Below are positions 39,161 through 48,731 of a DNA stretch of 64,000 nt, piece by piece. Where the stretch lies: positions 124,001 to 188,000 of IMG/VR virus record IMGVR_UViG_3300046513_000348; one strand, written 5' to 3'. The translations under genes were made by a program, and so were the position numbers. Position 1 is the stretch's first letter. Every line of letters starts with the position of its first letter. The notes under the pieces were generated by a model. That model had not been told where the DNA came from. It was given only the letters and a program-made list of their open reading frames with translations, and made no database searches.

Positions 39161-40618
39161 TTACTGCTGTTCTGCTGCTTCCTGCAGGCTGTCGAGAATC
39201 TCAGCGACGTCTTCTTCGGTGAGATAACCGTAGTCGTGCAGGTTCTGTACCAGGTCGCCCCAGTAAACAGTCGGCTCGTATTCGGCCTTTCCCGAGATCT
39301 GCACGTTGGGCATACCGAACTGGCGATAATCGATCAGGTAATCGATTTCGGTGTCGTTGAAGTTACCCTGCTTTTCCTTGTCGACCAGATCGACGTCTTC
39401 ATCACGGATGACACCGTCGGCCCACATTGCACGACAGGTGCCTTCCGGATTGCAGCCAGCGCCGTTCAGGAAGTCGAGCATTTCCTGACGCTCCTGGCCT
39501 TCGCGGAAGGTCAGCAGGAAGATGCGGTGGCCGTTCTTCTGGAGTGCCTTCAGCACGCCGATGGCATACGGCGATTCAGGTCCGATGTTCGGACGCTGGT
39601 TCTCGACGATAGTGCCGTCGAACGACACGAGGAAAACAGCCGGCTCGTTATCGTCGGCAGCCAGGTCGGCTTCTTCAGCGCCTTCCAGACCGCTCAGTTC
39701 CTGGATTGCAGCAGCACGGCCGAGGTTTTCGAATTCCTCGCCGAAGTGCAGCTTGACCCAGTCGAACAGGTGCATGTCCGTCTTGCCTTCCTTGACCGCG
39801 GCCGAGTGGTATGCCTGGGCTTCGGCCTTCTTGAAGGTGACCATGGCTTCGACATATTCGTCGTCCGGCAGGGCGTCGATGCCTTCCAGATCATGCAGTG
39901 CCTTCATGTGCACGCCCTGGACTTCGGTCATCCACTGGTCGAACGAAGCGGTGTCGACATGTTCCCACTTCTTGTACAGTTCTTCCAGTTTGTCGCGGTT
40001 CTCCTCGATGGTGTTGCGAACCAGCTGGCGACCTGCACGAGTGGTCAGTGGGATGTCTTTCAGCTGCACGCGCGGCTTCTCGACTTCCGGCTCGATAGGA
40101 TCGACGTTGTCGGTCCAGTTGACCATGTCGTAGTCCCACTTCTTCAGGACATTCGTTTCGGCAAATTCCTGATTGGTCACGATGGTCAGGCGCCCGGCCA
40201 GTGTGTTATGGGCGAACAGGTCCGGATTCGACAGCAAGGTCATGCGGAGCACCGGCAGATCCGGGTTTTCCTTGAACTGGTCGTCGATGAATGCCTGCAG
40301 GTCGCCGAAGATCACTTCGAGGACTTGCTGATTCAAGGCGATCATGACGCCGAAGCGTTCGGTTGCGGTATCGTGACCACCTTTCATGCCGACGTAGGTG
40401 ATGGCGTTGTTCTCGACCAGGTAGAACTCTCTCGGCTGGTTTTCACCGAACAGGCGCTTCAGGTCGGACTGGCGGAATGCCGCCAGAATGTGGCGCTGGC
40501 TGTATTCGGGTTCCTGGATCAGCAGGGAGATGTGTTGCTGGATCTTGATGTGTTGATCCAGTGCTGCGGCCGGGCACATGACCTTGGCGCGGGCGAGGAC
40601 GACGGGTTGGTTGTTCAT
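39161..40618 (-). CDS. Multidomain protein with C-terminal HAD-like (BT0820-type) domain lacking catalytic Asp
   Basis: VSFDGTIVE..PNIG...AIGVLKALQKNGHRIFLLTFREG...DYLIDYR. The canonical motifs would be DFDGT and DD. Confidence 0.7.
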   Translation of the reverse strand: MNNQPVVLARAKVMCPAAALDQHIKIQQHISLLIQEPEYSQRHILAAFRQSDLKRLFGENQPREFYLVENNAITYVGMKGGHDTATERFGVMIALNQQVLEVIFGDLQAFIDDQFKENPDLPVLRMTLLSNPDLFAHNTLAGRLTIVTNQEFAETNVLKKWDYDMVNWTDNVDPIEPEVEKPRVQLKDIPLTTRAGRQLVRNTIEENRDKLEELYKKWEHVDTASFDQWMTEVQGVHMKALHDLEGIDALPDDEYVEAMVTFKKAEAQAYHSAAVKEGKTDMHLFDWVKLHFGEEFENLGRAAAIQELSGLEGAEEADLAADDNEPAVFLVSFDGTIVENQRPNIGPESPYAIGVLKALQKNGHRIFLLTFREGQERQEMLDFLNGAGCNPEGTCRAMWADGVIRDEDVDLVDKEKQGNFNDTEIDYLIDYRQFGMPNVQISGKAEYEPTVYWGDLVQNLHDYGYLTEEDVAEILDSLQEAAEQQ

Positions 40619-40621
40619 GCT

Positions 40622-41368
40622 TTATACCTCTTCGTTATATTTGGCAAAGTTGACTTGCAACGGGGGATAGTGATTTTGGGAATGGTAGAACATTGTGACC
40701 GCATTCCAAGCGGGACGGAAACGCGCGATTGCTTTCGGATCGAATCGCTGGAACTGCACTTGGTAGTGCAGCGTAGTCGTCTCGTCTTCGAGACCAATGC
40801 TGCGCCGCTTGATGTCGACTTCATCGGTTACCGTGACGAGGATCATGCCCATCACGTTACCGTAAGCGACCATCCAGGCCGCCTGGTCTTCGTTCAGATG
40901 CTGCAATGGTTGCTGCATGTGCATCTTGACGACTTCTGCCATGTCGGCGAAGCATGGGTAGAAGTGTTGCGGATACTGCTCCTGTTCTTCAGGCGTCAGC
41001 GATTGACGGCCGGTACCAGGATCTGCGCCGATGTAACGGAAGAAGAAGTCCGGGTCATCCATCGCCATCATGCTGATGGTTTGGAATTCAACGAACTGGT
41101 CTTCCGGATGAAGCCACTTCAGATCGGTACCGAAGTCCGGTCCCAGTACCGATTCAGGCTCAGGGAGCCCAACCGCAAACGGTACTTTCTTCTGAAGTTC
41201 TTCGACAACCTTCGGATTACTCAGGTCGAGTTCGGTAACAATTGCCGGATCGACAGGTCCGGTCTTTCCATGGACGTTTCCGTTGCGATGAACGTGACGT
41301 TCGAAATCGTTTTGCTTTCCCCACAAGCGTTGGAAAAGTTTGCTCAGTAATGCGGTGAGCTTTTTCAT
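40622..41368 (-). CDS. Hypothetical protein
   Basis: 248 aa with an ATGA overlap with the upstream gene. Confidence 0.7.
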   Translation of the reverse strand: MKKLTALLSKLFQRLWGKQNDFERHVHRNGNVHGKTGPVDPAIVTELDLSNPKVVEELQKKVPFAVGLPEPESVLGPDFGTDLKWLHPEDQFVEFQTISMMAMDDPDFFFRYIGADPGTGRQSLTPEEQEQYPQHFYPCFADMAEVVKMHMQQPLQHLNEDQAAWMVAYGNVMGMILVTVTDEVDIKRRSIGLEDETTTLHYQVQFQRFDPKAIARFRPAWNAVTMFYHSQNHYPPLQVNFAKYNEEV

Positions 41369-41775
41369 GCAGTATTCCTTTTCAGATACTTTTTGATGTT
41401 GTCCGGCAGATCGTAAATGAATTGACCATTCTTGATCCCGGTGATGTGGATATTGCTGTCATGACACAGCGCGAACAAATCCCAATAATTGTTCGCCCAA
41501 TTGTAGAAGACTGTCTCCAGAGCTTTCTGCGCTTCAATGAGCGCTTCTCGTCCTTCCGACGGCGGACGAAGCTCTGCCAGTTTTTCAGTCAGAAGCTTCT
41601 CGAGCTCGGTAGCCGATTCACGACGTTTCGCATTGTCGCGATCGATCCGAGATTGAACCTGCTTTCTTTTTTCCCTGTCGCTTTTAGATCCTCGGATAGA
41701 ACGAACTATCAGCCAGATCGACCCTACCCCTACGGTCGCAAAGCAAAAACTAACTGCATAATGCAGGTTGGACAT
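41365..41775 (-). CDS. Membrane-anchored hypothetical protein
   Basis: N-terminal hydrophobic segment and coiled coil. SD GAGGA. Confidence 0.7.
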   Translation of the reverse strand: MSNLHYAVSFCFATVGVGSIWLIVRSIRGSKSDREKRKQVQSRIDRDNAKRRESATELEKLLTEKLAELRPPSEGREALIEAQKALETVFYNWANNYWDLFALCHDSNIHITGIKNGQFIYDLPDNIKKYLKRNTA

Positions 41776-41869
41776 CTCTTCCTCTTATTTAGTCTCGTAT
41801 TGTAAAAATGGCTACCATTGGGCATGGAAAAACCTTGATGACCTAACATTGGGACTGAAGGTCATAAAG

Positions 41870-41879
41870 ATGATATATT
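41870..41879 (-). promoter_or_regulatory. AATATATCAT motif, candidate phage promoter
   Basis: Second copy of the intergenic 10-mer. Confidence 0.5.
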
Positions 41880-41913
41880 GATGTAAATTTATACGTGACG
41901 AGAGCCTGATCGT

Positions 41914-43026
41914 ATGTCATGTAACAATAAACTGGACCTTACGGCTATGAAACTCACCAAACTTTCAGCAGCACTCAACAACCTGGTAGGCTGGGCCCGC
42001 GCTGGCTTCAATGCCCACAATACTCGCATTGTTGCGATGGAACAAAATAAACCGAACATCATCTTCGGTAACTTTGCGGCCGATACGACGGAACAAAACA
42101 GCCTGATGAATTCGGCGCCGACGCAACAGGACATTTTCAACACCTGGTACCGCTTCAGCCATTCTTCCGGTATGCTCTTCCCTGCCGACGTGAATGAGGT
42201 CAATTCGTGGGCCTATGATTCGGGCACCAACTCAATTACCAATACTACCAATAGCGGAAGTTTCATCGGTGTGGTGTCGAAAGAAGTCTACGACAGTTAT
42301 AACCTTACGATGAAATTGTCTTCTGTCGATGTGGACGACGATGTTATCGGTGTTCTGTTGGCCTGGTACAAGGATCCTTCGACAGGGCGAGAATACACAA
42401 TCACGGCATTGCGCTCGCCTGGTGGTTTCCAGCCGCTTTACGCCGTGGTCTACAACTACAATCAGGGAGCCCCGGGCGGTCAGAAAACTCTGTTCGATGG
42501 CAACTCCAAAGTCACTTGGGGTAACGGTGCTTCTGGTGCTTTGGATATCACTGCGGCAGGTTACCAAGGCAATACACCAGGCTGGGGCGGACTTGCAGCC
42601 CAGTACGGCACGGACGGCAGTGTTCGAATCCGTGTCGAACGTACCGGTGACATCATCAAAGTCAAGACCTCACAGTTCGCAACGCCCGGTGTGTTGGATG
42701 AGAATACCCTGGCCACGATCGACCTTTCGAAAGACCCTGATCTGGAAAAGTTCCGTGGACCTTCTTCCTACGGAATGGTTGCGATCTCGCAGATGAATAG
42801 CAAGTGGTCCGTGGTCGACTTCTCGAACGCAAAAGACGGTATTTACAACCTGACAACTGGCGAGGTTTGGACGAATGTTAATGGCAGCTGGTCCGTCAGC
42901 AGCGATTACAGCCTCGCCAAGCTCGGCAACAATGTCATCATGATCAACCCGACTACCGGGAAGTTGTTCATGATGTACACGCCAAGCAAGATCGTGCAGT
43001 ACAATGGTACCCTTCTTCCCAAGTAA
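41914..43026 (+). CDS. Tail-fibre/lectin-like virion protein
   Basis: S/T/N/G-rich, with FNTWYRFSH...W.YD...N...FIG..S...YD.Y...DDD.IG motif recalled from jumbo-phage fibre domains. Inverted relative to its neighbours. Confidence 0.5.
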   Translation: MSCNNKLDLTAMKLTKLSAALNNLVGWARAGFNAHNTRIVAMEQNKPNIIFGNFAADTTEQNSLMNSAPTQQDIFNTWYRFSHSSGMLFPADVNEVNSWAYDSGTNSITNTTNSGSFIGVVSKEVYDSYNLTMKLSSVDVDDDVIGVLLAWYKDPSTGREYTITALRSPGGFQPLYAVVYNYNQGAPGGQKTLFDGNSKVTWGNGASGALDITAAGYQGNTPGWGGLAAQYGTDGSVRIRVERTGDIIKVKTSQFATPGVLDENTLATIDLSKDPDLEKFRGPSSYGMVAISQMNSKWSVVDFSNAKDGIYNLTTGEVWTNVNGSWSVSSDYSLAKLGNNVIMINPTTGKLFMMYTPSKIVQYNGTLLPK

Positions 43027-43037
43027 ATAGCATAAAG

Positions 43038-43073
43038 CATATACCACCTGGCCGTGAGGCCAGGTGGTATATG
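43038..43073. terminator. Bidirectional stem-loop
   Basis: CATATACCACCTGGCC-GTGA-GGCCAGGTGGTATATG 16-bp stem between convergent genes. Confidence 0.85.
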
Positions 43074-43086
43074 TCGGTATCGATTA

Positions 43087-44226
43087 TTAGTCGAGGGTCA
43101 GGTCCCACTTGCGGCCTTTGTCGTCACGTTGGACGGCATTGACCATGTACGAAGTACCAGGAGCTTCTTGCGGCGATGCTTGGGTCGAACCCAAGTTCAC
43201 GCGCTTGTTCATGTACGACAGCGGGTTTTCGTAAATGAGTGGGAAACTCACGTCGGTTTCCACGCCTAGGAAAGAAGCGATGTCCGTACCACCGAAGTAC
43301 GCGAAGTTCTTCAGTGCTTGCGGTGGAGCACCAGGCAGCTCGAAACCATCGGTGAACGAAACGTTGACCCAGTGTTCTTCCGAATACATGGTGTCGTTGA
43401 TCAACTGCACGATGACGTGACGGTTGTTCTTGAACGCTTCGCGGCCACGATCGGTCGCCAGCAGGTCACGGATGACATACTTGCCGTACGGTACGTGGAT
43501 CTCGATTTCGTCCTGTGCGATACGCTGGACGGCATCGCCGATCGGTTGGAAGATGTTCAGGTTGCAGATCGCGAAGGTCGTTGCGAACGACGGCATGAAC
43601 TGGCCGCGCTCCATGCACAGCAGTGCGATGAAGTACAGGAACATGTGATCGAAGATGTCGTAGCGTTCCTTGTCGGTCAGCGGGTAGATATCCGGACGAG
43701 CCTGGTACAGAGCCCAGCGGTGTGCGCTGATGAAAGCCTGCTCGAAGACCTTGCCGACAATGCTGATGCGATCGATCGAGTTCATGTCGGCTTTGAACTC
43801 TTCCAGTGCCGACATCGGATCGTCGAACGACTGGCGAACGATTTCCGAATAGGTCAGGGCGTGGATCGACTCATTGTCCGAAATGCGCTGGTAGCCCGTG
43901 AAGATTTCACTGGACGACACGATGCACGACGTGATGCCGGCGATGGTGGATGCGGCAGTGCTGTCGGTTTGCCACTGATAGGCCAGGGCCTGACGCATGC
44001 TTACCGCATAAGGACGCAGCTCGGGATCGGCAAATTCGACCTTGCACTGTTCAAATACGAATTCGAATTCCGTCCAATCCTGTCCGCGCAGCTTGCGGTA
44101 CAGGCCGGTTTGGTCTGGGTATTGCTGAGTAATGGAATCGACCAGACCACGAGCCTGGCCAAGAATGATCGGAGTTTTTTCATAGTCCGTCTTACCGGAG
44201 TTGAAGATTACGGGATTGATGGTCAT
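43087..44226 (-). CDS. nrdB: Class Ia ribonucleotide reductase beta subunit
   Basis: W..D...ESIHALTY (Fe ligands plus radical Tyr), MERGQFMPSF and QDEIEIH. Confidence 0.93.
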   Translation of the reverse strand: MTINPVIFNSGKTDYEKTPIILGQARGLVDSITQQYPDQTGLYRKLRGQDWTEFEFVFEQCKVEFADPELRPYAVSMRQALAYQWQTDSTAASTIAGITSCIVSSSEIFTGYQRISDNESIHALTYSEIVRQSFDDPMSALEEFKADMNSIDRISIVGKVFEQAFISAHRWALYQARPDIYPLTDKERYDIFDHMFLYFIALLCMERGQFMPSFATTFAICNLNIFQPIGDAVQRIAQDEIEIHVPYGKYVIRDLLATDRGREAFKNNRHVIVQLINDTMYSEEHWVNVSFTDGFELPGAPPQALKNFAYFGGTDIASFLGVETDVSFPLIYENPLSYMNKRVNLGSTQASPQEAPGTSYMVNAVQRDDKGRKWDLTLD

Positions 44227-44288
44227 TTCATTTCAATCGAGAAGGGGTTAAACGGGAGACTACAGAATAGTCCCCCGCCCATTTCTTT

Positions 44289-47200
44289 TTACGACGAGCA
44301 GCCTTCGCAGACTTCGCGTTCGTTTTCGTCTTCGAAGACGATGCCCAGGGCAGCCATTTCGTCAACGAGTTCAGCCTGACCATCGTGAACGACATTGGCT
44401 TCCGAAGGCACGAGGTCTTCCGGAGAAGGCAGAACGCTCAGGACCATGCCAGCTTCATCAGCCAGTGCAGCCCAGTCATGACCAGAGGCCACGATCTGTT
44501 CTTGCAGACCGGCGATGCCTTCGGCGAAGTCCACGATGGAACCTGCGAAGAATTCCTTGGCCAGCGCATCTTCATACGCTTTCCGGAACGCATCGCTGAA
44601 CACCTGCCAGGCGTAGTCGTGTGCCGATTTCGAGATCTTCATCGCATCGTCCGTTTCCGGCATCAGGATGTTGACGTAGTAGCGGGTTTTGACGCCTTTC
44701 TTCACACGGTCGATCTCGGCGTCCAGCAGATCCGACGAACGAATCACCACGCGATTGGTGAAGTCCATGTACCAGTCGGCCGAAACCGTCTGATCGCAGA
44801 ACTTCTGAGCCAGCGCGTACACACTGTTCTGATCCAGCAGGCTGAGCTGCCACATCGACTGATACTCGTAGGCCGGATCGTCACCATACGGAGCTGCCCA
44901 ACGCAGAACGTTGTTGGCATCCGTCTTGATCATGATCGGCTTGCGGATGCCGTAGATGCTGTTCGTTGCACCCAGAGCCTTCGAAGACGATTCGCCCGGC
45001 ATGAAGTTGATCAGGCAGCTGTGTGCGAGACCGCCATTGGCGATGATGCGCTGACGCTGTTCTTCATGGTCGTACTGGTAGACGAAGTCCGCCAGCTTGT
45101 CGACTTCCTTGCGGTAGGTCTGGAGTGGAGTCCAGCCTTCAGGCCACTTGGTACGGTTGATCCACGGCGCCAGGCCGCGTTCCTTCGAGATCTCGAGAGA
45201 AGCCTCGATCGCGTAGTACAGGTGGCGCTCGAACACACGGTGCAGTTCTTCCAGGCCGGCTTTCTCGTTGAACTTCAGACGCTTACGCGCCATGTGGGTT
45301 GCCAGACCCATCATGCCAACGCCGGCGTTCATGCGAGCCTTGGCGGTTACACCCATGTGAGCCAGGATGTAATCGTTTTCCATGATGCAGTAGTCGATCA
45401 TCTTGTACGCGTAGTACATGACGTCGCGATACTCGTCTTCGCTGATTTCGTCGGTGACGTTGATCGAGGCGAGCGAGCACAGCGCAACTTCCGGTTCCTT
45501 CTTGACGCTGATGACGTTCGACACCGTGAGGGTACCATCGGTCTCGGTCCAGAACTTGTTGCCGACCTTGACGGTTTGAGCAACCCATTTCTGACCAGCG
45601 ATCGGCTTGAGGACATCGGATGCCTTGAGGCCGAAACGGATCACCTTACCGTTCGTATCGGTTGCTTCGAAGATGGCGTGGCCAACTTCTTCGCTCGACT
45701 GCAGATCTTTCATTGCGTCGCGGCCTTCGTACGGCATGGTCGGTTCCGACACTTCCAGGCACTGGCCGGTAACGATGCCGTTGAACATCGCTTTGTGACG
45801 TTTCGGTTCGTTGAAGCAGTAGGTCGAGTTCTCGACGCCCAGGTCTTCGATGTCCAGGATACGAGCATTGATCGGCGTGGTCGGATCATTGATCTCGAAG
45901 AAGTCGGCGAGGAACATGCCTTTCTTCAGTTCGTGGGTACGAACTTCCTTCTCGATACCACCTGGGCCGATGATGTACCACTTGTGGTACAACGTGCAGT
46001 CCAGATAACCCTTGCCGTGGTTGACGTAGACGCGAACCAGCTTCTCGCAGTCCGAGGTCTTACGCACGGTAACGCCCGACCATTCGAAACCGTTCCAGAT
46101 TTCGACGTAGCGGTCTTGATAGACCGAGATAGCTTCGGCACCTTTACGGGTGTGGATAAGCGTTCCTGGAGCCACACACAGGTTCGAGCTGTGGATCGCA
46201 TCGATGAACGGCGTATTGCGGTTCATCTCGTCGATCGAGGCGGCATAGATCGTGCCGGTCGACAGACCTTGGGTCAGTGCGAACAGCAGCAGTTCGCGAG
46301 CATCGAAGTAGACCTTCTCGAAGTTCTCGTCTGCTTCCAGGCGGGTGTAGATTTCGGCGAACTTGTGGATGTCACCGCTATAGAACGCTTCGTGCAGTTC
46401 AGGAGCAGTGTAGCAGTTCCATGCGAACACCATCTCTTCGTTCGCTGCTTTCATGGTCAGGAAACGATTCGACATGAATGCATAGTGCGCATCACGGTTG
46501 CGTTTGGTCTCGACGGCGCGGGTATCGCGCAGGCCGAAAATCATGCGTGCTTCCGGATCGTACAGGTTGGCGTAGAAGGTACCGGCGCCACCACGACCAC
46601 CTTGCAGGTTGGCACGGATGTTCTTGCCGAACACGTCGATGTATGGTTTCTTGCCGCGGTGCAGGAAGCGGCCCTTCTGGACGGCGTCACCGATCGAACG
46701 GCACATGATGTTCAGACCGATACCAGCGGACTGGGTAGTCATCATGTACGTGATGTGGTCAGCAGCTGCCAGCGAGAAGCGATCATCGCCGGCGGCGATC
46801 AGGCAGCACGATGCAAAGCCGCGGTGATAGGTACCCAGGTTGTTGTAGTTCGGAGTCGGCGCCGACAGACGCTTCTTCGCGAAGTGGTTGTACATGCGAG
46901 CAACGTGCTCGAGACGGCTGCGCTTGCCCGGTTCGCTTTCCCAGGTCGGAGTCTGCGGGGATTCCGGGTGCGTTTCGAAGATGGTCATCGCCATGCGCAT
47001 GTAGACGAACTGCATCGTTTCGAATTCGAGCTTTTCGGCGAAGTCCTGGAGCGAGTACTTCAGGCGAACCTGCTCGAGTGCGAAGTGCGGAACGACCAGA
47101 TCCTGGTCATGATCGATGATGTCTTCGAGTGCAGCCCACTCGTATTCGCTGTAGTTCAGCGGACGCATCAGTTTCTTTTCGGCCAGACGACGCTGTACTT

Positions 47201-47495
47201 CACGGATCGTCGGGATCTGCTTGCTGCCGAAGATTTCGATGCGGATGAGGACTGCCATCAGCTTACCGGCCAGCAGATAGTGAGTCCAGGTCTCGCGCTT
47301 CAGGAACTTGTCGATGAGGCTCGACATGAGTTCTTGAACAGTGCATTCGGATGGCAGCTCAGCGATGGTCTCCTGAGCGATTTCGGACCAGTCCTTGATC
47401 TTGATCTTGCCCACGGTGTCCTGCACCCAATGGTTCAGTTTCTTGGCGTCGAATGGTTCGCGCTCGCCATTAAGTTGAATAACGGTTTCGATCAT
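44289..47495 (-). CDS. nrdA: Class Ia ribonucleotide reductase alpha subunit, intein-containing
   Basis: ATP-cone N-terminus, PTPN, ASCCL, SNL|C-LE, ALCSLA, MPGESSS, TRYY and C-terminal CEGC. Confidence 0.96.
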   Translation of the reverse strand: MIETVIQLNGEREPFDAKKLNHWVQDTVGKIKIKDWSEIAQETIAELPSECTVQELMSSLIDKFLKRETWTHYLLAGKLMAVLIRIEIFGSKQIPTIREVQRRLAEKKLMRPLNYSEYEWAALEDIIDHDQDLVVPHFALEQVRLKYSLQDFAEKLEFETMQFVYMRMAMTIFETHPESPQTPTWESEPGKRSRLEHVARMYNHFAKKRLSAPTPNYNNLGTYHRGFASCCLIAAGDDRFSLAAADHITYMMTTQSAGIGLNIMCRSIGDAVQKGRFLHRGKKPYIDVFGKNIRANLQGGRGGAGTFYANLYDPEARMIFGLRDTRAVETKRNRDAHYAFMSNRFLTMKAANEEMVFAWNCYTAPELHEAFYSGDIHKFAEIYTRLEADENFEKVYFDARELLLFALTQGLSTGTIYAASIDEMNRNTPFIDAIHSSNLCVAPGTLIHTRKGAEAISVYQDRYVEIWNGFEWSGVTVRKTSDCEKLVRVYVNHGKGYLDCTLYHKWYIIGPGGIEKEVRTHELKKGMFLADFFEINDPTTPINARILDIEDLGVENSTYCFNEPKRHKAMFNGIVTGQCLEVSEPTMPYEGRDAMKDLQSSEEVGHAIFEATDTNGKVIRFGLKASDVLKPIAGQKWVAQTVKVGNKFWTETDGTLTVSNVISVKKEPEVALCSLASINVTDEISEDEYRDVMYYAYKMIDYCIMENDYILAHMGVTAKARMNAGVGMMGLATHMARKRLKFNEKAGLEELHRVFERHLYYAIEASLEISKERGLAPWINRTKWPEGWTPLQTYRKEVDKLADFVYQYDHEEQRQRIIANGGLAHSCLINFMPGESSSKALGATNSIYGIRKPIMIKTDANNVLRWAAPYGDDPAYEYQSMWQLSLLDQNSVYALAQKFCDQTVSADWYMDFTNRVVIRSSDLLDAEIDRVKKGVKTRYYVNILMPETDDAMKISKSAHDYAWQVFSDAFRKAYEDALAKEFFAGSIVDFAEGIAGLQEQIVASGHDWAALADEAGMVLSVLPSPEDLVPSEANVVHDGQAELVDEMAALGIVFEDENEREVCEGCSS
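45762..46178 (-). mobile_element. 139-aa mini-intein in NrdA (C1...GQ|C)
   Basis: CVAPGTLIHT (block A), LDCTLYHKW (block B TxxH), YCFNEPKRHKAMFNGIVTGQ (blocks F/G), +1 Cys. No endonuclease domain. Confidence 0.93.
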
Positions 47496-47512
47496 TTTAA
47501 AGTTTCCGGTGG

Positions 47513-47761
47513 TTAAGCAGGTACGGCGACACGGGCCTGCAGGATCTTGTTGAAGTTGGTGGGCGTGAAACCCATCATCCAGTTTCCGTTGTCGTTAATC
47601 ACGGGGAGTTGGCGCATCCCTTGTGCATGGATGTCGGCCACGGCTTCCGGCGTTTCGTGGAGATTGATCTCCTTGAATTCAACACCTTTGATCTTCAGCG
47701 CGCGCTTCAGATTGACGCAGTTTGGGCAGGTGTTGTTGCTATAAACGACGAGGGCTTCCAT
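47513..47761 (-). CDS. nrdH: Glutaredoxin-like NrdH redoxin
   Basis: VVYSNNTCPNC...LKIKGVEFKEINL...QLPVI...GF, upstream of nrdA. Confidence 0.88.
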   Translation of the reverse strand: MEALVVYSNNTCPNCVNLKRALKIKGVEFKEINLHETPEAVADIHAQGMRQLPVINDNGNWMMGFTPTNFNKILQARVAVPA

Positions 47762-47849
47762 TTTTGAGTACTCCGTGATTAAACGCCAGTTGATCAGGCA
47801 AATTGGTAAAATTTAACAGATTCGAAATTCGGGAACATAAGGTGCAGCT

Positions 47850-47877
47850 CTCCAGACGACTCGAAGTTCGTCTGGAG
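47850..47877 (-). terminator. Stem-loop upstream of nrdH operon
   Basis: CTCCAGACGA-N8-TCGTCTGGAG followed on the minus strand by CTTATG. Confidence 0.5.
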
Positions 47878-48014
47878 TACGCATTTTAGAAATGGGTTTT
47901 CTCTCTCTGTCCAGAGTATAGATGAGCCGACAAAAATAAATAGTCAGAGTGGCTTTCGCCACTCTGATACTATTGTTTTTGCTCTCTGGAAATGTTTTCC
48001 CCCTAAGGGATTTT

Positions 48015-48647
48015 TCAGCAATACCGCTTGTAGTAGTAACCTGGCTTGGTGTACGGAGTCAAAATCGACATCTCGATCACCAATTCGGTTCCTTCTTTAT
48101 CTTCAGGATCATCCAGCCTCAGGTCACGGAGGGACTCCATGATGCCCTGCACGGTGCGGCCCACGAAATAAAGCGGCAAACAACCACTCTTCTTAGTCTG
48201 TACGCCGATCTGGAAGAAGTTGCGAGGACATTTCGGATCGCTCGAATCGAAGTGGGTACCATGCATCTTGTAAAACAGCTGTTTCAGGATGTCGATTGCC
48301 TTGTACAGATTCGGATCTGCAATGTGCACAGGAAGATGCACCGTCTTGCAGTAGAGAATCGCTCCGTGTTCCAGAGCATGACTGCGAATCTTGGGGCCAG
48401 CGACATCGATATCTTCGACGAGTTCCGACATGACCGCGAAGGCAATCTTCACAGCGTCGAGGTCTTCCTTACGGAAACTCTTGCCCCAGTGATCGAACTG
48501 GTACTTCAGGATTGCTTTGGTGAAATAGCTTTGGAACATTCGGGCGAGGAAGGACCGATAGAAGCTCTTGAAACATCCCCAGATTGCCCAGAGAAGGAAA
48601 CACAGCAGGGTGACTTCGATCATGTCATGTACTTTAGCGGCAAACAT
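48015..48647 (-). CDS. Hypothetical protein with N-terminal hydrophobic segment
   Basis: 210-aa ORF filling the gap on the coding strand. Confidence 0.6.
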   Translation of the reverse strand: MFAAKVHDMIEVTLLCFLLWAIWGCFKSFYRSFLARMFQSYFTKAILKYQFDHWGKSFRKEDLDAVKIAFAVMSELVEDIDVAGPKIRSHALEHGAILYCKTVHLPVHIADPNLYKAIDILKQLFYKMHGTHFDSSDPKCPRNFFQIGVQTKKSGCLPLYFVGRTVQGIMESLRDLRLDDPEDKEGTELVIEMSILTPYTKPGYYYKRYC

Positions 48648-48687
48648 TGCAATCTTTCTTATCGTTAAGCAAAAAAAATAAAGAGAC

Positions 48688-48715
48688 AGAGATGATGGGT
48701 TTCCCCATCATCTCT
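48688..48715 (-). terminator. Stem-loop
   Basis: AGAGATGATGGG-TTTC-CCCATCATCTCT with a T-tract on the minus strand. Confidence 0.8.
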
Positions 48716-48731
48716 ACTCACGTAACGGTCG

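Noticed and set aside
44385-47516. 1043-aa plus-strand ORF, and similar long antisense ORFs at 10082, 15648, 38828, 48858 and 54062
   Set aside because: These are antisense shadows of nrdA and other highly biased genes.
47761-48015. Intergenic region checked for tRNA or ncRNA
   Set aside because: Only one hairpin and AT-rich sequence are present, with no cloverleaf, T-loop or CCA. The gaps at 41775-41914 and 53741-53948 were likewise negative.
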